A stretch of DNA of 64,000 nucleotides, from IMG/VR virus record IMGVR_UViG_3300046804_004006, positions 1 to 64,000 of that record; one strand, written 5' to 3'. Origin of the DNA: a virus. How positions within the stretch are numbered: position 1 is the stretch's first letter; every line of letters begins with the position of its first letter. Under the pieces are notes generated by a model that was given only the letters and a program-made list of their open reading frames with translations, did not search any database and was not told the DNA's origin. A program made the translations under genes and the position numbers. Below are positions 24,029 through 37,900 of this stretch, piece by piece.

Positions 24029-25954
24029 ATGCCGTTAGTCAATTTTTCTAACCTAGATTTCGATCAGGTTAAAACAACAATTAGGGATTACTTAAAATCT
24101 AATTCTAACTTTACTGACTATGATTTTGAGGGATCTAATCTCTCTACAATTATTGATGTTTTGGCATATAATACCTATATTACTTCATATAATGCAAATA
24201 TGGTTGCAAATGAAGTTTTCATTGATAGTGCGACCTTGAGAGAGAACGTAGTTGCACTTGCAAGAAATATAGGATACATACCTCGTTCAAGAAAAGCAGC
24301 AAGAGCAACAATTAGTTTTTTCATAGACACGACAAACATAACACCAATTCCAACATCAATTACTTTAAAAAAAGGTTCTGTGGCTTCAACAACAGGATCT
24401 TTTGGAAATCAATCTTTTGTATTTTCAATTCTCAATGACATAACGGTCCCTGTCATTGATGGTATTGCATCATTTAATGATATTGAAATTTATCAAGGTG
24501 TTTTACTGACAAGTAATTTTACTGTTGATTCGAGACAACCAAATCAAAGATACATTCTTCCAAATAGCGGAATTGATACTGATTTAATTTCTGTAGTTGT
24601 AAAATCTAGTCAACAAGCAACCCAACAAGTAAAATATAGTAAACAAGATAGTTTATTTGATATTAATAGAGAATCTAAAGTTTATTTTTTACAAGAAATT
24701 GAAGATGAAAGATATGAACTGATTTTTGGCGATGGAATTTTTGGAAAAAAACTTGATCAAGATAATTATATTACCGCAAATTACATTGTTTCAAATGGCG
24801 ATAGTGCAAATGGAATAAGTCAATTTACTTTTTCCGGCACATTATCATACACAAGAAATTCAATAGAATATACAGTAACCTCTGGAATTTCTCTTTTAAC
24901 AACAGGATTGACTTCCTCGGGAGGAGAAAATATTGAGTCTGTGGAGTCTATTAAAAAATATGCTCCAAGGATATACTCTTCTCAAAACAGAGCAGTAACG
25001 GCAAATGATTATGAAACTTTAATCCCAGAAAAAATTTACCCAGAAACAGAGTCCATATCTGTTTTTGGGGGAGAAGAATTGATTCCGCCACAATATGGAA
25101 AAGTATTCATAAGTATTAAACCAAGATCTGGTGACTTTTTACCAAATCTTATAAAAGAAAATATTAAAAGAGACTTAAAAAAATATGCAGTTGCTGGAAT
25201 AGTTCCGGAAATTTTAGACTTAAAATATTTGTATATAGAGTCTGATTCAAAAGTTTATTATAATACTAATCTTGCTCCGAGTTCTTCTTACGTTTCTAGT
25301 ATCGTTCAAAGTAACGCAAATAAGTATGCAGAATCTACAGAATTAAATAAATACGGTGCTAGATTTAAATATAGTAAATTTTTGAAGATAATTGATGATA
25401 GTCACGAATCAGTTACTTCAAATATAACAACTCTTCAAATGAGAAGAGATTTGAGAGTGGTATTAAATAGTTTTGCGGAATATCAAATAGGATTTGGTAA
25501 TGAATTTTATATTAAATCTATGAGTGGATATAATATAAGATCCTCTTCTTTTAGAGTTGCGGATATTCAACAAGATGTTTATCTTTCTGATATACCAAAT
25601 TCAGATAGACTTACTGGATCTTTGTTTCTTTTTACTGTTCCTACAGTAAATTCATCTTCACCAACAATTCTAAGAAGAAATGTTGGAAATATTAATTATA
25701 AAAATGGAATAATAACATTAAATCCAATTAACATCTTATCTGGAAAAATAAAAGATGGACAAACAATTATAGAAATTTCTGCAGTTCCTAAATCAAATGA
25801 TGTAATAGGATTACAAGATCTTTATTTGCAACTAGATATAAGTAAGAGTAATTTTGAAATGGTCATAGATGAAATTTCATCTGGTTTAGATCCTTCGGCA
25901 TCAAATTACATAGTAACATCCAGCTACAGTAACGGGAATTTAGTAAGATCATAA
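24029..25954 (+). CDS. gp6: baseplate wedge subunit gp6
   Basis: LDFDQVK...FTDYDFEGS...LAYNT; QNRAVTANDY; ATG at 24029. Confidence 0.92.
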   Translation: MPLVNFSNLDFDQVKTTIRDYLKSNSNFTDYDFEGSNLSTIIDVLAYNTYITSYNANMVANEVFIDSATLRENVVALARNIGYIPRSRKAARATISFFIDTTNITPIPTSITLKKGSVASTTGSFGNQSFVFSILNDITVPVIDGIASFNDIEIYQGVLLTSNFTVDSRQPNQRYILPNSGIDTDLISVVVKSSQQATQQVKYSKQDSLFDINRESKVYFLQEIEDERYELIFGDGIFGKKLDQDNYITANYIVSNGDSANGISQFTFSGTLSYTRNSIEYTVTSGISLLTTGLTSSGGENIESVESIKKYAPRIYSSQNRAVTANDYETLIPEKIYPETESISVFGGEELIPPQYGKVFISIKPRSGDFLPNLIKENIKRDLKKYAVAGIVPEILDLKYLYIESDSKVYYNTNLAPSSSYVSSIVQSNANKYAESTELNKYGARFKYSKFLKIIDDSHESVTSNITTLQMRRDLRVVLNSFAEYQIGFGNEFYIKSMSGYNIRSSSFRVADIQQDVYLSDIPNSDRLTGSLFLFTVPTVNSSSPTILRRNVGNINYKNGIITLNPINILSGKIKDGQTIIEISAVPKSNDVIGLQDLYLQLDISKSNFEMVIDEISSGLDPSASNYIVTSSYSNGNLVRS

Positions 25955-25955
25955 A

Positions 25956-28900
25956 ATGACAGACAAAAGAGTTCAATTTAATACTATTGTTCAGAATCAA
26001 CTCCCTGCATATGTTAGAGAGGAGTTTCCTTTAATTTCTGAATTTTTAAAGCAGTATTATCTTTCACAAGAATTTCAAGGTGCTCCAACTGATTTAATTC
26101 AAAATATTGATCAATATATTCGATTAAATGAGACCACAAATCTTGTAGATTCTGTCATTTTAAAATCAAACATATCTTTTGTTGATACTACAATTGAAGT
26201 AGATTTAGGATTTTCTCCTACAGGAACAAATGGGTTTCCGGATTCTTATGGATTAATTAAAATTGATGATGAAATTATTTTATATACCTCAAAAACTTCC
26301 ACTGCAAATTCTGCTTCATTTAATGGATGTATAAGAGGATTTAGTGGCATTTCTTCTTTGAACGATCAAACTGCCACTGGAGAATTGGTATTTTCTACCA
26401 GTTCTGCGGAAGAGCACATTGGAACAGAATATAATTCGGATGGATCAATAAAACAAAAGGGATCAACGATATTAAACTTAAGTAACTTATTCTTAAAACA
26501 ATTTTTACTTAAGACAAAGTATCAACTTCTTCCGGGTTTAGAAGACAGAGAATTATTTTCTGACTTAAATGAAGATCTTTTTATAAAACAGTCTAAAGAT
26601 TTTTATGGAAGTAAAGGCACTGACGAGTCTTTTAAAATTCTCTTCAAGTCTCTTTATGACGAAGAAGTAAAAATTATTAAACCTAAAGATTTTCTTCTTA
26701 CTCCATCAAATGCACAATACACTATCACAAATGATTTAGTTGTTGAAAGTATTTCAGGAGATCCTCTAGAACTTAAAAACTCAACACTATATCAAAATTC
26801 ATATCTTGATAATTTTACAAAATCATATGCACCTATCACATCAGTAGAAAAAATATCTTCTAGAGATGGAAAAACTTTTTATAAACTTAGTGTAGATGCT
26901 GGTTATAATAGGGATATTGTAGTTGATGGAGCAACTTATGGAAACTTTTTAGTTCACCCAAAAACTAAAGTAATAGGAGAAGTATCTCCAAATTCAACAA
27001 TTCTTGATGTAGACTCAACGGTAGGATTTCCAACTTCTGGGCAACTTTTTGCTAGTTATAATGACGGAACAGCGGGAGTTATTTCATATACATCCAAATC
27101 ATTAACTCAATTTTATGGTTGTTCAAATATTGTAAAATCTATTAATAATGCAGAGAATGTTGGATTAAACACTTATGCATCAAATAGTGATGGAAGTATT
27201 AAAGTCAGGATCAATTCTGTTATTAGTGGTTTAGATGTGAGAAGTGATACTCGTTATCTATCTCCCAAAGAATCTATACAGATAAAAACATTAGGAGTTT
27301 CTGCAAAAGACTTTATATCAAAAAACTGGTATTATAATATTTCATCCAGATACGAAGTTCAAGGTAGTCCAGTTTTAATAGATACCTCCGATAAAACATA
27401 CAGATTAACCCTGAAAACTCCCCACTATCTTAAGATTGGAGATTCTATATCAATTGTAGATAGTAATAATGCATCGAAGTCCTCTACTGTAGTTGATATT
27501 AACTCAGAGTATTCAATAACCATTAGAGATCAAGGTGAACTATCTTTATCAACAAACTACACTATTAAAAGAAATATTCTAAAACCAATTTCAAATACAT
27601 TTTCAAATTTATCTTCATATACATCAAATGTTCAAAATGTATATAAGGATTCTGGAAAAACTTTATTAGCATCTAATTCAATTCCATCATATTATCGCCA
27701 ACCATTAAATGTAATTGATAGATCTATTACTTTTTCCGGAACTTTTATTGGAGATGAATTTGTAATATCAAATAAAGATCACGGTTTTTATACTGGAGAT
27801 GTAGTATATTATACTCCACAAAAGGTTACTACAACATCATTTAGTGATGATGGAATTGAAATTCAACAAACATCTATACAGTCTTCTTTGTTTGATGAAG
27901 GACTTTATTTCATCAAACGAGTTAACGAAACCGCAGTTAAATTTGCAAAAAGTAAATTTGACATTTACTATTCTGAATTATATAAGGATGACTCATCTAA
28001 ATCTAAGTATGTCAAATTAACTGAATCTAAAAGTGTTTCTGATAACAAAATAGAAATTTATAAATTTAATTCAAAAACAGTATTACCACAAAAAATACTT
28101 AGGGAAATACAAGATCCAATAAGTGATGGAAAAACCTATCCAACCTCCCCAGGATTTAATGGTATACTTGTCAATGGAGTGGAAATTTTAAACTACAAAT
28201 CAAGCGATGTAATTTATCATGGAAAAATAAACTCCATTGATATTTTATCGCCGGGATTGGATTACGATGTCATCAATCCACCGGAATTAAAAATTAGCGA
28301 TAGAATTGGAACAGGAGCTACTGGATATGTTTCTGTTAATGGTTCATTAAGAGAAATACAGATTATAGATCCTGGATTTGACTATGTTGATGTCCCAACA
28401 GTTAAGATTACTGGTGGTAATGGATCAGGAGCTTTAGCTTCTGTAAATATGAAGTTAATAGATTATTATGCAAGTTTTAATTCAGATTCCGCATCAAATC
28501 AAATTGGAATAGGTGTGACGGTTTCAACTATAGGATTTAGCACTTATCATAAATTTAGAGATGGAGAAACTGTAATATATGATCCAAAATATCAACAATC
28601 TGTAGGTGGTATAACCACAAACTCAACTTATTTTGTTTCAGTAAAAGATTCTAATACAGTAAAACTTCATAAAACATTTGATGATGCAGTTTCTGGAATC
28701 AACACTATTACTCTAACTTCTTATGGATCTGGAATACATTACCTTAAATCGTATAATAAAAAGTCAGTAGTTGGTTCCATCAACGTAGTTTCTGGTGGTT
28801 CTAATTATCAAAATAAAAAAAGAACAACAGATATTACCGGAATAAGTACATCTTTAAATCAAGTTACTATCACCAACCATGATTATCAATCCGGAGAAAT

Positions 28901-31900
28901 CGTAAAGTATGCAACAGAGGGTGCTTCTATTGGTGGTTTAATTAGCGGATCAGAATATTATTTAACCAAAATAGATGATAATAATTTTAAATTATCAAAT
29001 ATTGGCATAGGAGTTACTGAAAAAGACTTTTTCTATAGAACAAATCAATATATAGATTTTACTAGTGTAGGTGTTGGAACTCATACCTTTAATTACCCTA
29101 ATATTTCTGTAACTTTATCTGGAAAAATTGGCATTTCTTCTATTGGATCTGAGACTTTTGAGGCACAAATTCAACCAGTATTTAGAGGAGAAATTACTTC
29201 AGTACATTTAAAGAATTCTGGAGTTGGTTATGGATCTTCAGATATTATCAATATTGTTAAAGAACCTGAAGTTTCTTTAGTATCCGGACAAGATGCCCAA
29301 TTACTTCCAGTAATTAGTAATGGAAGAATTTCTGAGGTTTTGGTCCTAAGCACTGGTAGAAATTATAACTCTGTCCCCATCTTAACTATAGTTGGTGATG
29401 GTGTTGGTGCAGTTGTAACTCCTATTATTGAAAATAATAGTTTAAAGTCAGTTAAAGTAATAGAACCTGGTCAAGGATATTCTTCAAAAAACACTTCAAT
29501 ATTAGTTTCTTTTCCAGGCAGCGGATGTTCATTTAAATCAAATATTCAAACTTGGAGAGTTAATCTATTTGAACGAAATTTTAATACTTTTACTTCTGAT
29601 GATGGATTTATTGAAAGTAGTATTAATGACGAATATGAACTCCAGTACTGCAATATCTATGCTCCAAGAAAATTAAGAGAGAGTTTATTTTCCGTAGATT
29701 CTTTAGGAAAAACTTTATATGGAACAAAGGATCTGAGTAAAAATAATGCGGGAGTAGAAGAGTTTAATGCAATAAAACAAAAACATTCTCCAATTATAGG
29801 TTGGGCATATGACGGACATCCAATTTATGGTCCATATGGATATTCTAAAAAATTCGGCGGGGTGATCACCCAAATGAAGTCCGGATACAAGATGAATTCT
29901 TCAAGAGTATCTGGACCACCAACTTCAATTTATCCTTTAGGGTTTTTTGTAGAAGATTATACTTACTTTAAAACTAACGATGAAACGGTTCTCGATGAAA
30001 ACAACGGAAGATTTTGTATAACACCAGAGTATCCAAAAGGAACATATGCATACTTTGCAACCATCAACAATTTATCTTCAGATTCTTCTGGACCATTTTA
30101 TCAATACAGAAGACCTGTTTTCCCATATTTAATAGGAAATAATTTTAAGTCAATTCCAAATAAATTTAACTACGACAAAAATTCAAATCAAGATAGTTAT
30201 GATTTAAATAAAACTTCTTGGATTAGAAATACAGATCCATATAATTTAAGAAATGGCAACGTTAATTATGAATACCTTTCTTTACCAAATAATTTAAATC
30301 AAACTTTAGAAGTTAAGTCAGTTTCACCCGGATCTGTTGAAAGTATCAAAATATCTTCGGGAGGTTTAAACTATAAAGTAAATGATGAAATTATCTTTGA
30401 TAATTCAAATACTAATGGATTTGGTGCTTCAGCAAAAATTTCTAAAATATTTGGAAAGTCTGTCAATAATATTAGTGTTGCCACAAGTTCCGTTACTGGA
30501 GTGGAAATTTATCCAGAAAATAAAATCGGATCTTATACAATTTTTTCACAAAATCCTCATAATTTTAAAAATGGAGATCTGGTTCAAGTATCTGGGTTGA
30601 GTACGAGCACATTTAAAATCAACAATTCATACCCAGCAGGAATATCCACAAATACTCTCACTCTAGTTGGATTAGGATCAACTTCAATAGGAATTAAAAC
30701 TACTGGAGTTACTGGAATTGTAACATATATCAATGTATTAGGAAACTTAAATTACCCCAACATCAGAGAAAATGATATTCTTACAATAAATTCCGAAAAA
30801 ATTAAAGTTTTAAATGTAGATGCAAAACTTTCTAGAATCAGAATTATTAGAGAAATTGAAAGCACAGTAGGGTCCGCACACACTGTTGGATCTAAAATAT
30901 ATGAGAATCCAAGAAAGTTAATAGTTAATACTGAATTTTCTACCACATACAATTATAAGTTAAATAAAGAAATTTATTTTAATCCAATAGAATCGGTTGG
31001 ACTAGGAACAACTTCTGGAGTTGGAATAGGAACTACAATCTTCTTTTCAAATCCAGGAATTGGATTGACTGAAATCTTTATTCCAACAAAAACAATATAT
31101 TTACCAGGGCATAACTTAAATACTGGAGATCAACTAACATATTCAACAAATGACGGAAAAGGTCTATCAGTCTTAATAGATTCCTCTTCAGGAGTAAGCA
31201 CGTTAACAGATCAACAAATTCTTTATGTTGCTAAAGTGTCTGATGACTTAATTGGAATTTCTACTGTTAGAGTTGGACTTGGAACCACAGGTACTTTTGT
31301 TGGAATAGCAAGTACGCAAAGAAATTCTACTACATTATTCTTCTCCGGTATTGGAACTGGAATTTATCATAGTTTTAAAACAAATTATGATAAATTATCA
31401 GGAAAAATTACAAAAAATATTGTTACTGTTTCTACAGCACAAACACATGGTTTACAAAACGGAGACACTGTTTATATTGATGTAAATCCATCAATTTCTA
31501 CTACGGTAACTCTAAAGTATAATGATTATCATAGAAAAGTTTTAATAAACGCCAAAACTTTTATTTCAAGTGGAGTTAACACTTCAACAAGTTTGATAAC
31601 AATTGATAATCATGGATTTGAAACTGGAGATAAAGTTATTCACACTTCCCCATCTCCAGCGCAGGGTTTAGAAAACAATAAAATTTATTACGTAGTAAAA
31701 TTTGATGATAATTCATTTAAACTATCAAATACTTATTATAACTCATTAAGTTCAAATCCTTCAATTGTAGGAATAGCAAGTACTTCGAATGGAGAAATTT
31801 CTTTAATCAATCCACCTTTAAATGCATATAAAAATTCTTCTATAATATTTGATTTATCAGATTCTTCTTTATCATACATTAAACAATCTACAAATTACCC

Positions 31901-34900
31901 AGCTTTTGATTTGAATTTTTATCTAGATGAAAACTTTACTCAACTTTACGATAAAAATCCAGAAAGCTCCACATTTGAGGTTCAAAAATCCAGCGGCGTT
32001 GTTGGAGTTTCTACTGATGCAAAAGTAACTTTATTTGTCAATGAATATACTCCAAAAAATTTATTTTATAAATTAGACCCATTATTTGATAGTGATATTC
32101 CCATAGAAAAGCAAGAAATCAATGTAGATTCTTCGGTTTTATCAAATAATAAAATTAATGTTGAAAAGAGTGTTTATAGCGGAAAGTATACAATTTCTGC
32201 GGGATCAACTATATTTACATATTCACTAAATAAACTTCCGGAAAATAATTCTTATGTATCTACATCTTCATCTATTACATATCAAACCGATTCACTAAGC
32301 GTAACGGGAGCAATATCTGAAGTTGAAATTACAAACAAAGGAAGAAATTATTATTCTCTCCCTGGAATTTCTTCTATTGTTTCAACTAGCGGTAGTGGTT
32401 CTATTCTGGAACCATTTAGCAACTCAATAGGAAAAATTAAAAATACTACAATCAAAAACATTGGATTTGATTTTTCTTCAGATTATACAGTTAAACCAAG
32501 TTCTTCTTTACCACAATTATTAAAAATTGATCCACTAGCCTCATTTTCTTCTATTGGAATTAGTTCTTTTGGTAGAGGATATACTTCTGCACCAAATATA
32601 TTAGTTTTTGATGGGAAAACTAACCAAATTATTACTGATGTAGACTTAAGATATAATCTAGGAGATTCTCAAGTAACAATTTTTAAAAATACATATGGTA
32701 TAAACAATGTTACTCCAAGATTTATTCCAGTACAAAATTCAAATGGAGTTGGTATAAATTCAATTTCATTTAATTCAACAACTAAGGATGTTACGGTTAG
32801 ATTGTCCGTTGGGTTTAGCACTATAAACTCATTCCCATTTGAAGTAAATGATAAAGTTTTAATCGAAAATATCAGTGTTGGTGTAGATTCTACTGCAAAA
32901 GGATATAATTCAGAAAATTACGATTATGCGTTGTTTACTATTACATCAGTAGATCAAAATATAGGTGGAATAGGATCCATAACTTATAATCTTTCTGAAT
33001 TCCTTAGTGATGGAGAGTATCCTGGTACATATGATTCTATAAATTCTGTTGGAAGAGTAATACCCGAAAAATATTTTCCAACTTTTAGTCCAATCTTGCA
33101 AATTGGAGATTATATTGAAGGGGAAACAGTAGAATCAAATTCATCTTTAGGTATAGTTGAAAAATGGGATAAAAAATCCCAAATATTAAAAGTATTATCC
33201 AATCAAGATTTCAATAATGATGCAATTGTAAAGGGTCTATCATCAAATACTCAGGGTATTGCTTCATCAATAACTTCTTTTGAATCATACTTAACTTTAA
33301 ATTCATTATCTAAAGTAGAAAGGGGATGGGAAACAAACTCTGGATTTTTGAATGAAAATTTACAAAAAATTCAAGACAGTTTTTACTATCAAAATTTTTC
33401 ATACTCATTAAAATCTAAAGTTGATTTTGATTCCTGGAAGGATGCGGTTGGCACTTTAAATCATACATTAGGATTTAAAAAATTCTCCGATTATCAGTTA
33501 GAATCTTCTTTAGGGCAGCAAGAGCAAAATTCAATGCTGGTTGAATCAAACCTATCTTCGTTTGAAATTATAACTGACATTGTGGAATATGTAGATTTAA
33601 ACTGCGTTTACGATTTTGATTTGGTTACGGAAAATTCTATCGAATTAAATTCAAAAATAATTTCCGATGAAATAGTTTTTAATTCCAGAATATTGACCGA
33701 TTACATGGAGTCTGTGGGAAATAGAGTTCTTTCTATAGACGATATAAGTGGATTATTTAATAGCAATCCACGTTCCACACAATACTCAGAGGTCCATAGA
33801 TTTTTATTATCAGATGCAAGATCTCAAAAATATATAACTTTCGTAAGTGATAAAAGGTATACTGAGCAATCACAAACATCAATTATTACTCTTTTACACG
33901 ATAATTATATTTCTTTTATGAATCAGTATGGAAGAGTTGAAACTTACTATGACCAAGGTTTTTTTGACTTTACTATTGAGGGTAGTGAAGGTGTTCTTTT
34001 ATTCTATCCAACAAACTATCAAGTCAACAACTATAATGTTACAACTCTTTCATGGAATTTAAAGGACAATTTAATAGGAGTTGGATCTTCGTCCTTTGGA
34101 GACACCGTTCTAATAAACACAAGTAGCGTAAGTGTTTCTTCAGGATCAACAACTATAGTTGGTATTAATAGTTCTTTTAGTTCTGTTAAAGTTTTAGTAG
34201 AAATTTCAGGAAATAATGGAGAGTATGAGTTTAATGAGATAAGTGTAATACATGACGGAACAAATACACATATGATTGATTATGGTCAATTATCGAATTT
34301 AAATTACACTCCATTTGAAAGTTCTGGATTAGGGACCTTTAATTCATATCTTTCAGGATCTCAAATAAAAATTGATTTTACTCCAAATGTAGGAACAGCA
34401 ACTACCATAAACACGATACAAGTTGCAATTGCAAATACATCATCGACTGGTATTGGTACTTTTGATATGAAACACGCCAAACTGTCATCACAGTCGGTTT
34501 CAATCGCATCTTCATCATCTCCTACAGCAAATTCAGTTGCCAACCTATCAAATGACTATGATGCAACTTATTTTGTTCTTCAAGTTACTGATACAACTAA
34601 TAATAGACTTCAACTCTCCGAAATTATGTTAATAAACAATGACTCAGAAATTTATTTAACTGAGTTTGGAAATATTGAAACAAATTCTGGATTAGGAACT
34701 TTTGGTGCTTTTAGAAGTGGAACTGATACTGTTCTATCATTTACACCAATACAAAATATTGATACACAAGTAAAAACTTTTTATACTTCTTTACGACATC
34801 AAGATGATTCTAAGGATGTTGTTGATTTAATCAATGCAACAATAGAAACAAATTTTGGAACTTATTTTGGGGCAGAGACTGACATCAAACGCCAATTTGA

Positions 34901-37900
34901 CTTAAAACATAAAAATGTTCCTATTTTTGAAAGAAGTTTTAATGGAGATGATACTTCAATTGTGAGTATTGACAGCAATACTATTACAATTCCAAATCAT
35001 TTTTATGTAACGGGAGAAAAAGTTAATTATTATCATGCAGGATCCGGAACAACTCAGGCTATTGGAATTGCAACAACAACCTTTGTCTCAGTTGGATCCA
35101 CAGACAAACTTGCATCAGAAGTTTATGTCGTCAAAATTAATGATGATAAAATTAAACTTGCTTCAAGTTCAGAAAATGCTTTGAAATTTGTCCCACAAAC
35201 TATAGATATAACGAGTGTTGGTATTGGAACTTCACATCGTTTTGTATCGACAAACCAAAATGCAAAGGTCTTACTATCAATTGATAATGTTATTCAGTCT
35301 CCCGTTGTTTCTACTGCAGTTACTACAACATTATCAAAAAATATATTTACAACTGATGATACAATATACTTCAGCGGAATCACTTCATTTTTTGGAGGTG
35401 ACCTGATTAAAATTGGCGACGAAATTATGAGAATTGATGGGATTGGTATTGGAAGCACTAATGCAATATCAGTAACTAGACCTTGGTTGGGAACAGTAGT
35501 TTCAGGATATTCTACTGGAGATCTTGTTACGAAGGTAATCGGAGATTATAATATTATTGATAACATTTTAAATTTTGTAACTGCCCCATATGGAAATACT
35601 CCGTTTGGAACAATTACAAATGCTCCAGATGAAAGAGATTGGAGTGGAATATCAACCGGATCTAGTTTTCACGGGAGAGTATTTTTAAGATCCGGAGAAC
35701 AAGATACTTCAAACGAGACATATCATAAAAATTATATTTTTGATGACATTTCTTCTAAATTTAATGGGTCGGAGAGAAATTTCAGATTAAAATCGAATTT
35801 ATCCGATGTGACCGACATATCTTCAGAAAACGCGGTAATCTTAATAAATAACGTTTTTCAAGGTCCAGAATTATCCAATGATTATACATTATCAGAGGTT
35901 GCTGGAATAACTACTATTTCATTTACTGGCACAGCAACATCTATTTCTTCGGATGTAAACACTTCAAATTTACCTTCAGGTGGAATAATTGTTTCTGTTG
36001 GTTCAAGCGGAGGATTTGGATATCAACCATTGGTATCCGCAGGTGGAACATCTGTAGTGTCAATATCAGGAACAATTCAATCTGTCAGTATCGGAAATAG
36101 TGGTTCCGGATATAGATCAAAATCAAAGTATGAAATTACAACTAAAACTTCTCAAGCAGTTGGTGTTGGTTCAACAATAGTTTATTTGGAAAATGACAAT
36201 AGTATATTTAATATATTAAGTCTTTTAAATTCTGGTTCAAATTGCAAGATTGGCGTTGGAACTTTTATAGATTTAACTACAATTGTATCTGCAGGATCCA
36301 CATTTATTTGTATTGGGGTTGGAAGTACAAGTAACTACATTATTCCAGCAGAAACTTCTACGGCTATTGAAATAGAAAATCCCCAAATTGGAATAGTGAA
36401 TGTTGAAGTTGTTACCAGCTCTTCTGGAATTGCAACTTATACTCATGTTGGATTTGCTACAATAAGAAATGGTAATGTATCTTCTCCGGTTTTTATAACA
36501 AAAGTATCTTCGGGATATACTAACACAAATCCACCAAACGTTGTTTTTGATGATCCACAATCCTATTCGGATATTCCATTGATTTACAGTTCCAATTATG
36601 CTTCTGGCGGTGGATCAAATGCAACTATAGACATTGTTGTTGGACAAGGTTCTAGTGTTATAGATTTTGAAGTTAAAAATACCGGATATGGTTATGGAAT
36701 TGGAAATGTTTTAACGATTCCTGTTGGAGGATTAGTTGGAATTCCTACAACTTCCGGATTTAAAGAATTTGAAGTCACAATTCAAAATGTTTTCTCTGAT
36801 AAATTTAGTGGATGGTCTATTGGATCTTTACAAGTTTTTGATAGTATTGATAGATATTTTGATGGAAGGAGAGTTTCTTTCCCACTTTCTTTATCAGGAA
36901 ACATAACTACCATAAATTCTTCTAAAGGATCAAAAATATCTCTCCAGGACACAATTTTAATCTTCTTAAATGATATTTTACAAGTTCCGGGTGAAGGATA
37001 TACTTTTAATGGTGGCAGTGCAATAACATTTACAGAAGCACCAAAAGAAGGAGATCAGTCAAAAATTATTTTCTATAAAGGAAGTGGTGATGGCATCGAT
37101 GTTATTTCCCGAGAAATTATAGAAACAGTTAAAATTGGAGATGATTTAAGAATTACTTATGATTCATCTCAGGGACAGTCACCTACTTTATCCGAAGACT
37201 TTAGAACAGTATATGATATCAAATCCACAGATTCAGTCAAAACAAATCCTTATTTTGGACCAGGTAACACTAACAATACTAACTTACTAAGACCAGTTGT
37301 TTGGTGCCGTCAAACTGAAGATAAGATTATTAATGAAAAAGTAGTTGGTAAGGATAGGGAAATTTATACCCCAAATATAAATCCATTTGCATACATCATT
37401 AAAAATGTAGGTATTGGTTCAACCGCAATTTATGTTGATAATTTGAAACCTTTCTTTAATGCTCAAAATGAAAATGACACTTCATTATCTTTCCAAAACA
37501 GTATAAAATTTATATCACAAGATACTATTTCTGGGGCAATTGGCACTGCAGTCGTATCCACTGCAGGAACAATTTCTTCAATTGTTATTAGTGATGGTGG
37601 TGTAGGATATTCAACTTCACCTACAATAAGCATTGGAAGCACTAATGGAATTGGAATTGGAACCACATCAACAGCCCTTGGAACAGTTTCAATTAGTATT
37701 GGTGGAACAGTAACTGGTGTAGCAATAACTAATCCAGGATTTGGATATACAACTTCTAGTCCGCCATCGGTTTTAATATCCTCACCTACACTAATTTCAG
37801 AAACAAATTCAGTTTCTTCTTATTCAGGAGACTCTGGAATAGTTGTTGGATTTGGAACAACAACTATTAGTACACAAACTCAACTAATATTTGATCTTTA